63,744 nt of DNA, filler included, from Octopus bimaculoides (GCF_001194135.2; 7 parts of 7 records of this genome joined end to end with filler, not necessarily neighbours in it); one strand, 5' to 3'; positions 1 through 12,053 are shown, counted from the first letter of the whole stretch. Translations and numbers: made by a program. The notes: generated by a model from the letters alone, not told the origin.

Positions 1-359
1 GAATTGGATTCTTCACAACGATAACGTACCCTGTCACCGAGCTCTCTCTCTTTCTGTGAGTTTCTTGCCAAAAGCAACATGGTATCGCTTCCGTAGCCCT
101 CTGTTCACCAGATTTAGCACCTGCGGACTTCTATCTCTTCCCCAAGTTGAAACTGCAGCTCAAAGGTCGCCGTTTTAATACTGTTGTCGAGATCCAGAGC
201 GAATCACAGAAAGTCTCCGACTCGCTTATGGAAAACGACTTCCAGTTGGATTCCAAGCGTGGCAGGAACAACAGAACTGGTGACTATTTCGAAGGAGATT
301 ATGGTAAAATTTAGGTAAAAATGCTATTTTTTTTATTAAACATAAGCCCGGGAACCTCG
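1..359 (+). mobile_element. Mariner-type DNA transposon, decayed transposase C-terminus and right end
   Basis: Manual translation gives WILHNDNVPCH...SPDLAPADFYLFPKLKLQLKGRRF...GDYFEG, with a stop and frameshifts. The element ends in ...CCTCG followed by TA (360-361). Confidence 0.85.
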
Positions 360-540
360 TAAATAGATACTAGGATGACATGTTATATAAAACCCTTCAA
401 TAGTTGCAGTTCAATGACTGAGACAAATAAACGATAATGTATATGCATACGCACACACGTACATAACGTGTGTGTGTATGTGTATTCATGATATATATGA
501 GTGTGTGTGTGTGTGTGTGTGTGTGTGCATGTATATCATT

Positions 541-958
541 TACTTTTCTCGGTCATTAGGTTGTGGACATGCTGGGCACGTACTTGAAGAGTTTTAGTCG
601 AACGAATCGACTGTGATTTGCTCTGGACCTCTGGAAACAACTCCAGTACTAGAATTTTAAGCCTGGTACTTATTAAATCAGTCACTTATGCTGAACTGCT
701 AAGTTACGAGGACTTAAACACAAGAAGCTGTTATAGGAGACAAAAAAGACACACATAGGTATATATCTTTACAAATTTACTTATACGACGGACTTTCAGT
801 TTTTATCCCCAATATCCGTCTACGAAATCTATTCTAACGCCGTGATCGGCCCAAGGTTACAGCAGAAGACACTTGCCCAAGGTGACACGCAGTGGGACAG
901 TGCCCAGAACTATGTGGCTACGAAGCAAACTTCTAACCACATAGCTAAGCCCGCGCCT
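541..958 (-). mobile_element. tRNA-derived SINE, family A (Octopus-like), decayed
   Basis: Reverse complement of the family recurring through the window: tRNA-like head, CTTGGGCAAGTGTCTT block, internal microsatellite, TAACTTAGC...AATAAGTAC block. Confidence 0.8.
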
Positions 959-959
959 C

Positions 960-1075
960 TGTGTGTGTGTATGTGCGTGTGTTTGTGTGTTTGTGTGAGT
1001 GTGTATACATACGCACACACACACACACACGCACACGCACACACACACGCACGCACGCACACGTGCGCGCACGCG

Positions 1076-1118
<43 letters not shown>
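960..1118. repeat. (TG)n/(CA)n compound microsatellite
   Basis: Visible directly; explains the ORFs at 842-1129. Confidence 0.95.
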
Positions 1119-1581
1119 ATAAGTTGTAAGTTAATATTTCGGTGACTCTAGTTAGGTCATTTGCATTGATGCTACTTTGCCTCATCGTTCTATCATTACA
1201 TATCTTTACAAAAACCAGGTTTTATAGCATTTAATTTCGTTTTCATTGATGCATTTATTTATTGATGTATTCACATCGAAATGGTCTCCGCCTGAAGAAA
1301 ATAAGAAAGAAAACCACTGATACAAACAAAAAAGAGAGAAAAAATGATTAAAAAAGTCACTATATCCTCCTTTATGATTGATTTCTATCGATTATTTTAA
1401 TTATCTTTGCATTTCTAGACAGATATCAAAGAACATATGGTATCTATTCCAATCAAATATCGCCTTTCATTCTTTATTATGGAGTAACAAGAAAATGAAA
1501 TAAAAAATGAACGAACACAAAATACCGAAGGTCTATATATAGTGGCAACAACTATATTCAGTTCAACTATACAGCTCCCTT

Positions 1582-1624
<43 letters not shown>

Positions 1625-1634
1625 NNNNNNNNNN

Positions 1635-1679
<45 letters not shown>

Positions 1680-1714
1680 CTGCACTCTAGACATTTTTAT
1701 GTGCTTGCGTGTAC

Positions 1715-1788
<74 letters not shown>

Positions 1789-2170
1789 GCCTTTGTATTG
1801 ATATGCACATATATATGAATTTATATATATGATATATATACGTATTTATATACACACACATATATTTTTATATTCGTATACGTATGTATGTATGTATATA
1901 TATTTGTGTTTACATATGGATGTATATGTATATATTATCATTTATATCTATATCTATTTATCTTTCTCTCCACTCTGTATGTGTATACATATATGAAAAA
2001 CAAGAAACATTGTTCTAAATATATACATGCATATGTACATACACGCACATATGTATGCATATGAATGTACATATACATACATATATACTCACACACATAC
2101 ATACATATTTACATACAAACATACATACATTCATACATACATACATACATACATACAATCACACATATAC
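1582..2170. repeat. (CTA)n, (ATCT)n and (TACA)n microsatellite cluster
   Basis: Visible directly. Confidence 0.9.
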
Positions 2171-4706
2171 ACTTCAGGGTATATTTTCGGATTCAGGTTA
2201 ATGTTTCACAAAATGTTCTAGAATCAATCTAGATCAATTACACATCTGAACATGCTTAGAGATATTTTAGCTCCATTCCCCGCTCTACCACATCACCACT
2301 ACACCTCTTCCACCATCTAGTGCTTGGGAATATTTTAGCTTTATTCCCCCATCCCTCAACTTTTGCATCGTCAGAGCAGCTTCATTAGTTTTAGTGGTGC
2401 AACAACAACGCAGCTCTTCGTTGCTTACTGGACTTGCGATGCTTCATTGATTGATTCCATGTCAAACTGCACTCCGTGTTCTGTACTTGCTTATGAAACA
2501 CTATGGACAGCAGATATGGTCGAACGATCTGCCAGAAATAGCAACTCCCCTGCTCCCAAATTACTTCAAATCCCAAATACATACTATTGTCTTTAATCTA
2601 GTTAAAGTGAGAATTTCTTCGTGGTAATGTCAACTTGCTAGAAATAGCAGTCATATACTCCCGTTGCGAAAAGAAAGATACTCATCGGATTATGAAGTCC
2701 TCGATATATTACACCTAAAGGAAAAAGACGGAATGGTCAAGACTGGAAAGCCACGACAGTAACCTCATGGTTGAGGTGGGATTCAACAATAGCAACAGCA
2801 ACAACAACTTCCCTCTTTATATGAAAAAGCAAATTGGAATTGTGCAGTCGTAGTTATAGGACAAGTATATAAAATAGCGTTGATGATTACAGTTGAAAAA
2901 CTTTGGTGGTGGTGCTCAATGACAACAGTAGCTGCAATAACAACAGCAACAGCAGTAACAGCAGTAGCAGCAGCATCTGCAGCAGCAACAACAACAAAAT
3001 ACCAATCTCCGTCCCAATAAAGGAAAGATTCCTCGAAATAAATGATTCGATCTTCGATATACTGTATTTGACAAACAAACACTGGATGATTATTACTGAT
3101 AAACTGTTGACCATTGGTTTTCAGGACCAGGGCCGATCTGGGGCAAAGCGTGAAAGATCAGAAATTCTCTTTATAACACTGGGCAACAAAAGAGTTTTAT
3201 TGTCTGCTACCAAACAAATGGTGCTGTACCAAACTAAATCGAGCACGCTGATTACGAATCTGAACTCAGAATTGATGTAACATGTCAGGATTTTGAGTTA
3301 TGCGTATAATTATTTATTAATACTATATTAGAATTAAGAATAGGGAAGTTATTATAACAGTATAATAGAACTGTATATAGTTAATTTATGTTCAAGGCAA
3401 ATGATATCATAATATAATGTTACATAGTATATTTATGTTAAGGGATTAGTCACTTTATTTTTGATATGCTCAGCTCATAAATGTTTGAGACACTTGCTTT
3501 TGCGCTTATGCATCGTGTTGGTCTCCCGTTGTAGGAAGCAGTAGTAGTCACCCATCATGTGTGGATTGGGCCGGCCTTGATACATCGTTTCCATCTCATT
3601 ATGCTCATCGCTAAGAGCAAGATTTATTGGAAAAAAATCGAGATGAAAATGCAAGAAGTGCATTTTAAGGGACATTCGGCATTCCCTTTCATACGCTGTT
3701 AGCATTTTGTTTGTTAAATCAGCATAGTTTTCAACTCTATGATTTCTAAGCAAGTTCTGTACAACTAACATGAATGAATCCCATGCCGTCAGCTCAACAG
3801 GATTCACTTTACCTCTGAATTTGCTATCTCATCTCGGGTCCAATGAAAATGCTTGCTTTCAGTTTTGTGTCACTTTCCTCTGCACCAAATTTTACTTTTA
3901 GGTACTGGAAGCTACAACCATCGTGTGTCATTGCTTTTAGGAAGTTTTTCATGGGGCCGAATTTGATGTGAAGAGGTGGAAGGAAGATCTTTTGTGAGTC
4001 TACCAGTGGCATATGCTGCACATTGTACCGAACAACTAACTATTGGCTCATCTCTTTTAGGCCAGTCTTTTACAGTGTAATGATTGCTGTCGTCGCGGTT
4101 GTTCCAAACACACAAGGAGCATATATTTTTGGTATATCCCAACTGCAGTCCCAGGAGAAGGGAAACACCTTTAAATGACCACAGATATTCCACTTATGAA
4201 TTGAGTAATTAACTCCTTTCAGAATGAGTTCCATCCACTCAAAATTTCTTCCATACCGACAACACGACCCACAGAAATGAAAGGTTTTTCATTACCATTA
4301 TGTGACGACACAGCATTGAGGCTAACTATACGCGAGTCAATAAACAATCTCTATTCGTTAGCCACATGCACATGTCCTAGTTTTTGCATGAGTGCATTAA
4401 CGTCAGTATAGAAACAAGCATTATTTTCTTGCTTGAAAAAGACAGATAAGCCTTTATGGCGAGAACGGAAAATGGAAATTTTCGTACCTTGCTGTAGGAG
4501 ATTCCGTTGTAGTTTGGATCCCAAAACTTATCCTTCGACAATGCTAGGTCTCTTACTAAATCGTTCTAATCTTGATTAAACTTGCCTGGCACATTATTCT
4601 GAGAATCAACTACGTACTCAGTTCTATATTTAAGGGATGAGGAATTGTGTACATTATTTACATTATTTACATTCGACGGATGTTTCTCCTCATCTTGTTT
4701 GTTGTT

Positions 4707-4752
4707 AACATAACGTTTCGGCTGATATACTCTCCAACCTTCATCAGGTTCG
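4707..4752 (-). ncRNA. Minimal type I hammerhead-like motif
   Basis: Minus strand reads CTGATGA-A-GGTTG-GAGAGTATAT-CAGCC-GAAACGTT-ATGTT. Core, stem II and the ACGT palindrome are intact; stem I is mismatched. Confidence 0.55.
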
Positions 4753-4764
4753 ACATTTCCCCAA

Positions 4765-4810
4765 GACACCTGATGAAGGCTGGAGGGTATATCAGCGGAA
4801 ACACTGTGTT
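4765..4810 (+). ncRNA. Minimal type I hammerhead-like motif, decayed
   Basis: GACAC-CTGATGA-A-GGCTG-GAGGGTATAT-CAGCG-GAAAC-ACT-GTGTT. Stem I pairs; the cleavage triplet is mutated. Confidence 0.55.
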
Positions 4811-5169
4811 GACAACAAACAAGATGAGGACAAATATCCGTCAAATGTAAATAATGTACATAGTGTAAATAATGAACTTCGTACTCTTCATCGATAGGAG
4901 AGTCAGGGGTTCATCGTGCGACGTGTCAAGATTTTCAAGTGAAGCATGTGAGAGGGGAACTAGGAAAGGGTTCTCGAAGTCATGTGGGACCTGTTTTAGA
5001 ACTGACTTACAATCTCCATACAAAATATTTGCTTTGGTCTTCTTTGAGTAACCACTAATATTAATTATGCAAAAGTAACAATTAGAGATATGATTGGCTG
5101 GCTCACGCCATACCATTGATACAGCAAAAGGTATTCCCTTCCGTTTTCCATTCAACCACTGTGTAAGCC

Positions 5170-5424
5170 CTCAGTAACACACGGTGCAGCATTAATGAGG
5201 TGCCCACCTCTTGCCTTGGTCCCCAACTTGCCTTGGTCCCCAACTTGCCTTGGTCCCCAACTGGTTAAGGTCAAACAACTGACAAGCAAATGTGAGGTAT
5301 TGAGCAGAATATTTGTTGTAACCCATCTGTTACACAAAGACAAAACAATATACATTATAACACTTCCAATCAGTTAAGATCAGAATCCATAAGAGCCACT
5401 GCCTGGTACTGCATCAGGGCATAG

Positions 5425-5476
<52 letters not shown>

Positions 5477-5490
5477 CATCATCATCACTA
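5170..5490 (+). mobile_element. Dispersed repeat 3' end with (TTA)n tail; contains a 3x17-bp tandem
   Basis: ...GAGCCACTGCCTGGTACTGCATCAGGGCAT is followed by a long (TTA)n tract. CTTGCCTTGGTCCCCAA occurs three times at about 5210-5260. Confidence 0.5.
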
Positions 5491-6039
5491 TTGTGTTTTG
5501 CTGCTGTTATCAATAATACAAACATATACAAATGCACACACACCCGCACACACACAAAACCCATTTATAGCTTTATATGATGTACGTCAGAAGGCAATAT
5601 TCAAAAAAGATATGTATATGTGTGTGCGTATGTGCGTGTGCATGTGTGTGCGAGTGTGTGCGCGCGCACGCGTTTGTGTGCGCCTGCACGCGTTTGTGTG
5701 CGCGTGGTATTATATAGGTCTACATTGGGGATGAATGTATTTACCTTTTTCACACGTAAAAAAAGGAGCTTGTCTAATAGTTGCTACTACTGGTTGCGTC
5801 TATTAAAGTTTATTAATCGAGGTTTACTGAGTAGCTGTATATTAAAAGTGTATACTGAGTCCGTGGTGATATTTTAAGGGTGAAACGAAGAGATTTGGAT
5901 GTAGAAATAAATGTAAAGTTAAAATACGGTATTGTGTGTAATACGTGTAGAAAGTTCAGTATAAGTATTAGGTTCGACTGTTGGATGGACTAATGAAACA
6001 AAACTGTGACTCCATAGAAGATATTATTGTCTGTTTGAG

Positions 6040-6430
6040 AAAAACATTAGCTGTAAATAAACAAAACATTAAAAATTTTTTAGCATAATATAAATGTTAG
6101 CTGTAAGCATATAAAAAAAATATTATTTCGTACAGAAAATATTAGCTGCATGTATAAAAAATTCATTAGCCGTATGTATAATTTATTAGCTGTATGTATA
6201 AAAAATTTATTAGCAGTATGTTTATAGAAGAAATCAATGCTTTCATAAAAATATTGGATGTATATATTAGCTGTATGTATAAATAATGTATATATTAGCT
6301 GTATGTCAAAATAATATATTGGCTATGTATATAAAGAATATATTTACTTCAATATACGAAGAGAATATTACTGTGTGTATAGGGGAAATATTAGCTGCGT
6401 ATATAAAGAAATTATTTGCTGCATGTATAA
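6040..6430. repeat. Degenerate AT-rich minisatellite with core ATTAGCTGTATGTATAAA
   Basis: About ten imperfect copies of the core at irregular spacing of roughly 20-30 bp. Confidence 0.75.
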
Positions 6431-6447
6431 AGACTATATTATGTCGT

Positions 6448-6860
6448 AATGGACGTGGCTGTACTGCTTCTCAACCACATGGTTCCGGGTTCAGTTCCCC
6501 ATCACCGCTTGACAACCGGCGTTAGTGTGTTTACGTCTCCGTAACCTAGCAGTTCAGCAAAACAGATTCATAGAATAAGTACTAGGCTTAAACAGTGAGC
6601 AGAATAAAAGAATATGTGTGTGTGAGTGTGTGTATGCGTGTGCGTGTATGTGTGTCTTTGTGCCCCTGTTTGTCCCCACCACCGCTTGACAACTGGTTTT
6701 CGTTTGTTTGTTTACGACCCGGTAACAAAGCGGTTCGGCAAAAGTGTCCGATAGAATAAGTACGATGTTTAAAAAATAAGTACTGGAGTCGATTCATTCT
6801 ACTAAAAATTCTTTAAGGTGGTGCATGACTGCAGTCAGTTCACTGAAACAGATAAAAGAT
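6448..6860 (+). mobile_element. SINE family A
   Basis: Head ...AACCACATGGTTCCGGGTTCAG and body CGCTTGACAAC...CCGTAAC...ATAGAATAAGTAC, partly duplicated internally. Confidence 0.8.
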
Positions 6861-6889
6861 AGTAAAATTAGATAAAAAGAGAACAGCGA

Positions 6890-7420
6890 ACTTGCCGTGA
6901 AAAGTTAAAAATCCAACGTTTCGGATAGTGCTCTTCAGGGAAAAATTGAAAGGGGAAAAATAAATGAGAGACAGCGGTCTTACATCCTTTAATTAACAAA
7001 AACAAAAACAAATAACTGGCTGCAACTGATAAGGAACACAGGGCGATATAAACGTCATTTGCGAAGAAGTGGTTGGAGAAACACCGTAAGAAGGAAGAAA
7101 CAAAGAATAATGGAATGAGGGGAAGCAGGCAAAGTCAAAAGTAGGGTGAACGAAAGATGAGGAAAGAAGAGAGTTGTAGGATAAGAAAGGGTTAAATGAA
7201 TTAGGAGGCGTTGCTGGAGTAGTAGGAAAAACGATCATTTAGACGTATTACTGACATGGTGCTATGTTCAAATATGAAGCGTTTTTCCCTCTGTTTATTT
7301 TAGAATGTCCCTACATTAACAATACAGTAACCATCACTGGACCTAAGACATAATATCATATTACTCAGAACTTATGCACATCATTTAGCCTTATATACTG
7401 AATCATAGACCGACACCTTC
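6890..7420 (-). mobile_element. Penelope-like element 3' fragment (GIY-YIG end plus pseudo-LTR with hammerhead-like motif)
   Basis: Minus strand 7300-7220 translates KQREKRFIFEHSTMSVIRLNDRFSYY, resembling a PLE endonuclease C-terminus. CTGAAGA...CGAAACGTT lies downstream at 6942-6910. Confidence 0.6.
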
Positions 7421-7465
7421 CTAATTGCTCTCGAGAGCATATTTGATGCATATTACGACGTATGC

Positions 7466-7830
7466 TTGACAACTCTTCAAAACTATAGACCATTCTATCA
7501 CTCCTATGCTATACCAGTGTCGAAGCTAATCATCCACATCATCATCAGCTGCTCAAAAGTGCCCCCGAGGCATGATATAGTTGTAATGACTATTTACAAT
7601 GCTATCTGCAGGAAGAACTGCTCTGATGCATATATCAAAGGCATGTCAAAAGTCCAGGAAAAAGATGAATACCCATTTGTACCAGTATCAGTGCATTAAG
7701 TTATGTACCAACAAATTTGCACAAAAAGCTAGAAATAATCGGTTTCACGAAGAAAGAGCAAAAGAAACTGACGCGAATTCTCTAAATTCAATCTACTTTT
7801 GGTACAGTGAAAATTGGTAAGACAGCCCCA
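7466..7830 (+). mobile_element. Internally deleted 3' fragment of an R4/Dong-like (RLE) non-LTR element
   Basis: HIIISCSKVPPRHDIVVMTIYNAIC, then KLEIIGFTKKEQKKLTRIL*IQSTFGTVKIGKT, resembling the C-terminus at 10870-10997. Confidence 0.55.
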
Positions 7831-8699
7831 AAATTCTCCAACTGAGATTCTTTTGAAATCACACACTTGGGTGTATGCATTGACAGTTCAACTAGTTCAC
7901 CAACTCAACCACATATTTACAAACACCAGGAAAGCTCTTAACTCAAAAAGTCTTGTTGCTTTGCTTTGTTAGGCATTGGCGAGAATGCTCTTAAGAACTT
8001 AAATAAAACTCGAAGAAAAATCCTACATGCATACATACATACATACATACATACATACATACATACATGCATGCATAAAAAAGAGCCTTGACCTGGTTAC
8101 AACATTAGTGTGCAGCATCACCGCACACCTTAGGTGTCTGACTCCATTACTTTTTCCTTCATCCGTCTCACACTGTTTCTTCTAAAACTTCTTATTCATG
8201 TATGGAACTCATGTGGCCTTGCGTAGCATATCATTTACAGCCAGCATATTTGCTTAAACTGCTAGCTCTCATTAGTTTCTCTCCTTTCAGCTTTTACCTG
8301 AAAAAAGTTTCTATCCGAAGCGGTGCATCTTCAACTCCTCACAGCAAGTTCGCCGTGCTCTTTTTATCGATTTTGCTGCATAATGTGTGTTGCTTCACAG
8401 ACTAGCTTCAGCCTTTTTTGAGTTTGGTCACATAAAGAATATATTAGCTGTATGTATAAATAAAACATTATTGTATGTATAAAAAAATTATTGTATGTAA
8501 GAAAAAGTAATGAAATATTATGATAAAGATACATAAAGAAAAAGTAAGGAAAAAGGAAAGATAAATAGCAAACAAAAATGTTAAAAACCGATATGATTAT
8601 GTAGAAGAAATATATGTACATATATATATAAACAGACATGCTTATATAAGGCGCATACACACACAAACTCGTTTATACAGAAGCACACACACACTTATA

Positions 8700-11170
8700 C
8701 AATATGACTAAGAGTAAATAACTCAGGGGAGTGTTCTGCCTGCAAATTACACAAGCGACAGAGTCAGTCTTAAATATTCTTTGTTAGTCTTAAATGTGAG
8801 AAGAACTTCGGCTAACAGAGAATATCTTTGCAATCACAAGACAAAAGCTCTGTATAAGTGTATTTAAAATCTAAAAGCATAGAAGATTATTTGGATAGTC
8901 GTCAAATCCAAAGTTTTGGCAGATAAAGACAATCGTGTTAGTAGAACTTGATATAATATTAATATCTGTTGGTAAATTGGATGGGCATGTTTCTGACATG
9001 CTTAGATTTTCAGCAAAAGATATTTGATTAAACTAAGATAGAGGGAATACAGTGACGCTGATTATGAATAACATTAGCAGGGATGAGGGACATTCTGCTT
9101 GCTAAATGCGTCTACATTGAAGTGTCACGTATGTAATTTAATAAATATGCAGAACATGATAAGCAATTAGAATCACTGTCACGGACAGTAAACATCTTCA
9201 TAAAAATTGAAATGAAATTTGGCGTAGAAAAATGCGTTAAATCGTCCTTGAAGAGTGGAAAATTAATCAAGGTTGTTACTCTCATACTTTATAAAGAAAC
9301 TGAGATGAGTGAAATAAGTCAACCACTGACATGGAAATCGTTGTGAGTGAGTGAACTACATATGTAAAACACATACAAATGAAAGAAAAAGTTAAATGCA
9401 TCAGATTAATACGTGAAACAGATTAATACGTAAAATATGCATTGACAGTTCAACCAGCACACCAACTCAACCACATATTTACCAACACCGGAAAATCTCT
9501 TAACTCAAAAAGTCTGGTTGCTTTGTTAGACATTGGCGAGAATGCTCTTAAGAACATAAATAAAACTCGAAGAAAAATCATATACCCATCCATCCATCCA
9601 TCCATCCATATATACATGCATACATACATACAAAGGATATAGGGTAGGAATTTTGTCAAGGTAAATGTTACGATATGTTTGCGAAAAGAGGGAAAACCAC
9701 AAACCAAATCTGCAACACCTGTATTAATGACTGAACTCTTTCCCCTATATCTGATGAAGAATTTTACAGGTATCTAGGGGTAGATGGAGACATCTTACAA
9801 TGGCGCCTATAGGAAAACACGTGTCGTTAAAGAGTATTACAGCCGAATAAAGTAACTCTCTGCTTTCAATAAAACAGTGACCCACAATGTGTTTGCAGTA
9901 CCAATACTCATAACAACATTTGACTTACTTGATTGGACGCTTCAGATCTGAGTCATTGATGTGAAAATCCGAAAAGATACTAACCAGCATACATAATTTC
10001 CACATTAACAGCGATGTAGACTGCCGCTGCCTAAAACAAAAACAAGAGGGCAGAGGCTTAACATGGATCCAGACCGCCTCTGGATCATATGTCGTATCAT
10101 ATCCCTTCGGCAACATCTTTTAACCTACATGCCCAAAGAAGTCGTACGACTTTACCGCAACGTATCATCAGATGAAAGGACGAGAGTGTATCAGCAGAAG
10201 ACCATGTATGGATATGTTAGAAGAAAGCCCCGGGATGGTAGTAACATTGATCATATAAGCAGTCTATCATGAACCAACGACCGGATTACTAACTCCCACT
10301 TTGAAGGGTATGCGTACCCTTCTGTGCAACAGGAAATATCAAACAAATACCTGATGCCCAAAAGAGACAGAGACACAGGAAAAGCAGCAAAATATGATAA
10401 ACGATGCAGACCTTGTGCGGTTATCACTGGAGATATCAACCACATTATGAGCAGTAGTCCGAAAAAATGTCATCACGGTGTTATCTATCGATGAAACATG
10501 ATGTTATAGCTAAGACACTGTATAATGAGACCCGTCTGAAGATTAAACCCGAGGCCAAAGAAATAAGAACCCACAGTATGGTAGAAGCCATAACAATTCA
10601 TAATAAAAAGGAATACTGGTGGAATGTCTCAGTGAAAACCCCAATAAAATGTAAACATAGTAAACTTGATATAGAGATTTGCGATATAGAAAAGAAACTG
10701 TGTAGAGTTGGGGAAATCATCTGCCCAGCTGATATTAACATAAAGCTGAAGATCAGCGAAAGAGAAAATACCTACGCTGCACTATGGAGAAATCCACAGT
10801 TATTGTGTCCATATTACACGTTCAGGTTTATACCTGTAATTATTGAGACACTGGGATACGCAACACGCTGCCTAAGTACCATTCTTGTAAAATTGGGTTT
10901 CTCAAAATCAGAAAGAAAGATGATTCGAAGATTACAGATCGAAGGCATCATTAACATTGTAAAAATCTGCAAATCTTCCCAGAAGTTTATCATTTAAGTA
11001 TATATGAGCATGTCTAGACATGCAATTATATGCACGAGAATGCATACATAAAACAAAACATAACAATCTACATACATACAAAAATACTCTGTTGATGTTG
11101 AAATTCCAGTGAAGGAACCTTAGATCGAGGTTAGAAACGGGCTCTTTCTTTATTGTCAAGGAATCTTGAA
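8700..11170 (+). mobile_element. R4/Dong-clade non-LTR retrotransposon (RT plus restriction-like endonuclease), decayed
   Basis: RT-region fragments MKFGVEKC, HNVFAVPIL and FHINSDVD...QEGRGL. ORF 10467-10997 has KHDVIAKTLY, EYWWNVSVKT, EIICPADINI and FIPVIIETLG. The 5' boundary is approximate. Confidence 0.8.
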
Positions 11171-11197
11171 AGCAAACCGAATAATCATACACACACA

Positions 11198-11250
<53 letters not shown>

Positions 11251-11594
11251 AAACTTTTAAATATTAAATAACATTTTATAGGCTCTTCTCATACAAATGG
11301 GGAGAAAGGCAGAACTTTTTTTGGCACATCTCCACAATTACTATGGTTGATTTTCCGTAAATTAGCAAGTGACGGAATAAAGTGTTGTTTTTGTATCAAT
11401 CGAGGGAACAGATTCCTAAAAAACATACAAGTGATTTTTCCTTTCTAAACATGACATTTTAATATACTCAACTTAGTAATGGGCTGATACATACTCTAGT
11501 TACGTCATGTATTATACCATGTATGATTTTAATATATAAAAATTACTTTGTTAGTAATGTGCTCGATATTGCGATAAACTGTTCCCAATAAACA

Positions 11595-11882
11595 ATTGCA
11601 TCATAGAAGGTGTTCATAAGCTATTTAAAAACACACACAAAAACCGTTAGATTCACTCCCACATTTAAATTTAATTTGTGTCAAAATATTTTTTTCACTT
11701 TGAAACCTCCACCTGTTCACTGACAAAATTTCGAGATGCAGCACAAAATTTTGTTAGTGAACAGGTGGCGGTTTCAAAGCGACGAAAATATTTTGACACA
11801 AATTAAATTTAAATGTTGAAGTGAATCTAACGATTTTGTGTTTTTTTTTAAATGGTTTATAAACACCTTCCACGCTGCACTT
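11595..11882. mobile_element. Fully palindromic MITE-like element, about 290 bp
   Basis: Left arm (GAAGGTGTT...GTTAGATTCACT...ACCTGTTCACTGACAAAATTT) matches the reverse complement of the right arm across about 135 bp. Confidence 0.8.
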
Positions 11883-12053
11883 CTTTATGTTTCAGCACAC
11901 GATCTCAGATCAAGTCATTTGCTATGCAAGTACATCTTCGTTATTCCCAATAAAGGTATATAGATATGTGTGATGTTATACAAATGATATATACTTGAAA
12001 ACTTTATGGTCTATATTAGTGAGTATTAATGTATACAACTACAAATGAGTTAC

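Larger units (their letters stand above)
4648..4860. mobile_element. Palindromic PLE-related element carrying two inverted hammerhead-like motifs
   Basis: Arms of about 100 bp (4648-4749 and 4768-4860) are near reverse complements. Each carries CTGATGA...GAAAC. Confidence 0.7.
3177..5160 (-). mobile_element. Chapaev3-like (CMC superfamily) DNA transposon, decayed, 5' end missing, interrupted near 4570-4875
   Basis: ORF fragments read PFAVSMVWREPANHISNCYFC, LLLGLQLGYTKNICSLCVW, KIFLPPLHIKFGPMKNF and RMSLKMHFLHFHLDFFP. Left terminus TAA|CACTGGGCAACAAA at 3177 resembles the TIR of the element at 16285. Confidence 0.75.

Noticed and set aside
1168-1218. MLLCLIVLSLHIFTKT, a signal-peptide-like stretch
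   Set aside because: The donor is weak (GTTTTA), it is 21 kb from the first LRR exon, and short hydrophobic runs are common in T-rich DNA.
2783-3280. ORFs of 75-125 aa on both strands
   Set aside because: They are driven by a (CAA/CAG)n tract and run into the transposon terminus; no recognisable domain.
5315-5332. TTGTAACCCATCTG-TTA resembling a right TIR for the first Chapaev3-like element
   Set aside because: It does not end in GTG, the TSD would mismatch (TAA vs TTA), and it appears internal to a different dispersed repeat.
11100-11150. CCAGTGAAGGAACC...GGTTAGAAAC at the R4-like 3' end, loosely hammerhead-like
   Set aside because: The core does not match CUGANGA, and there is no stem I or NUH site.
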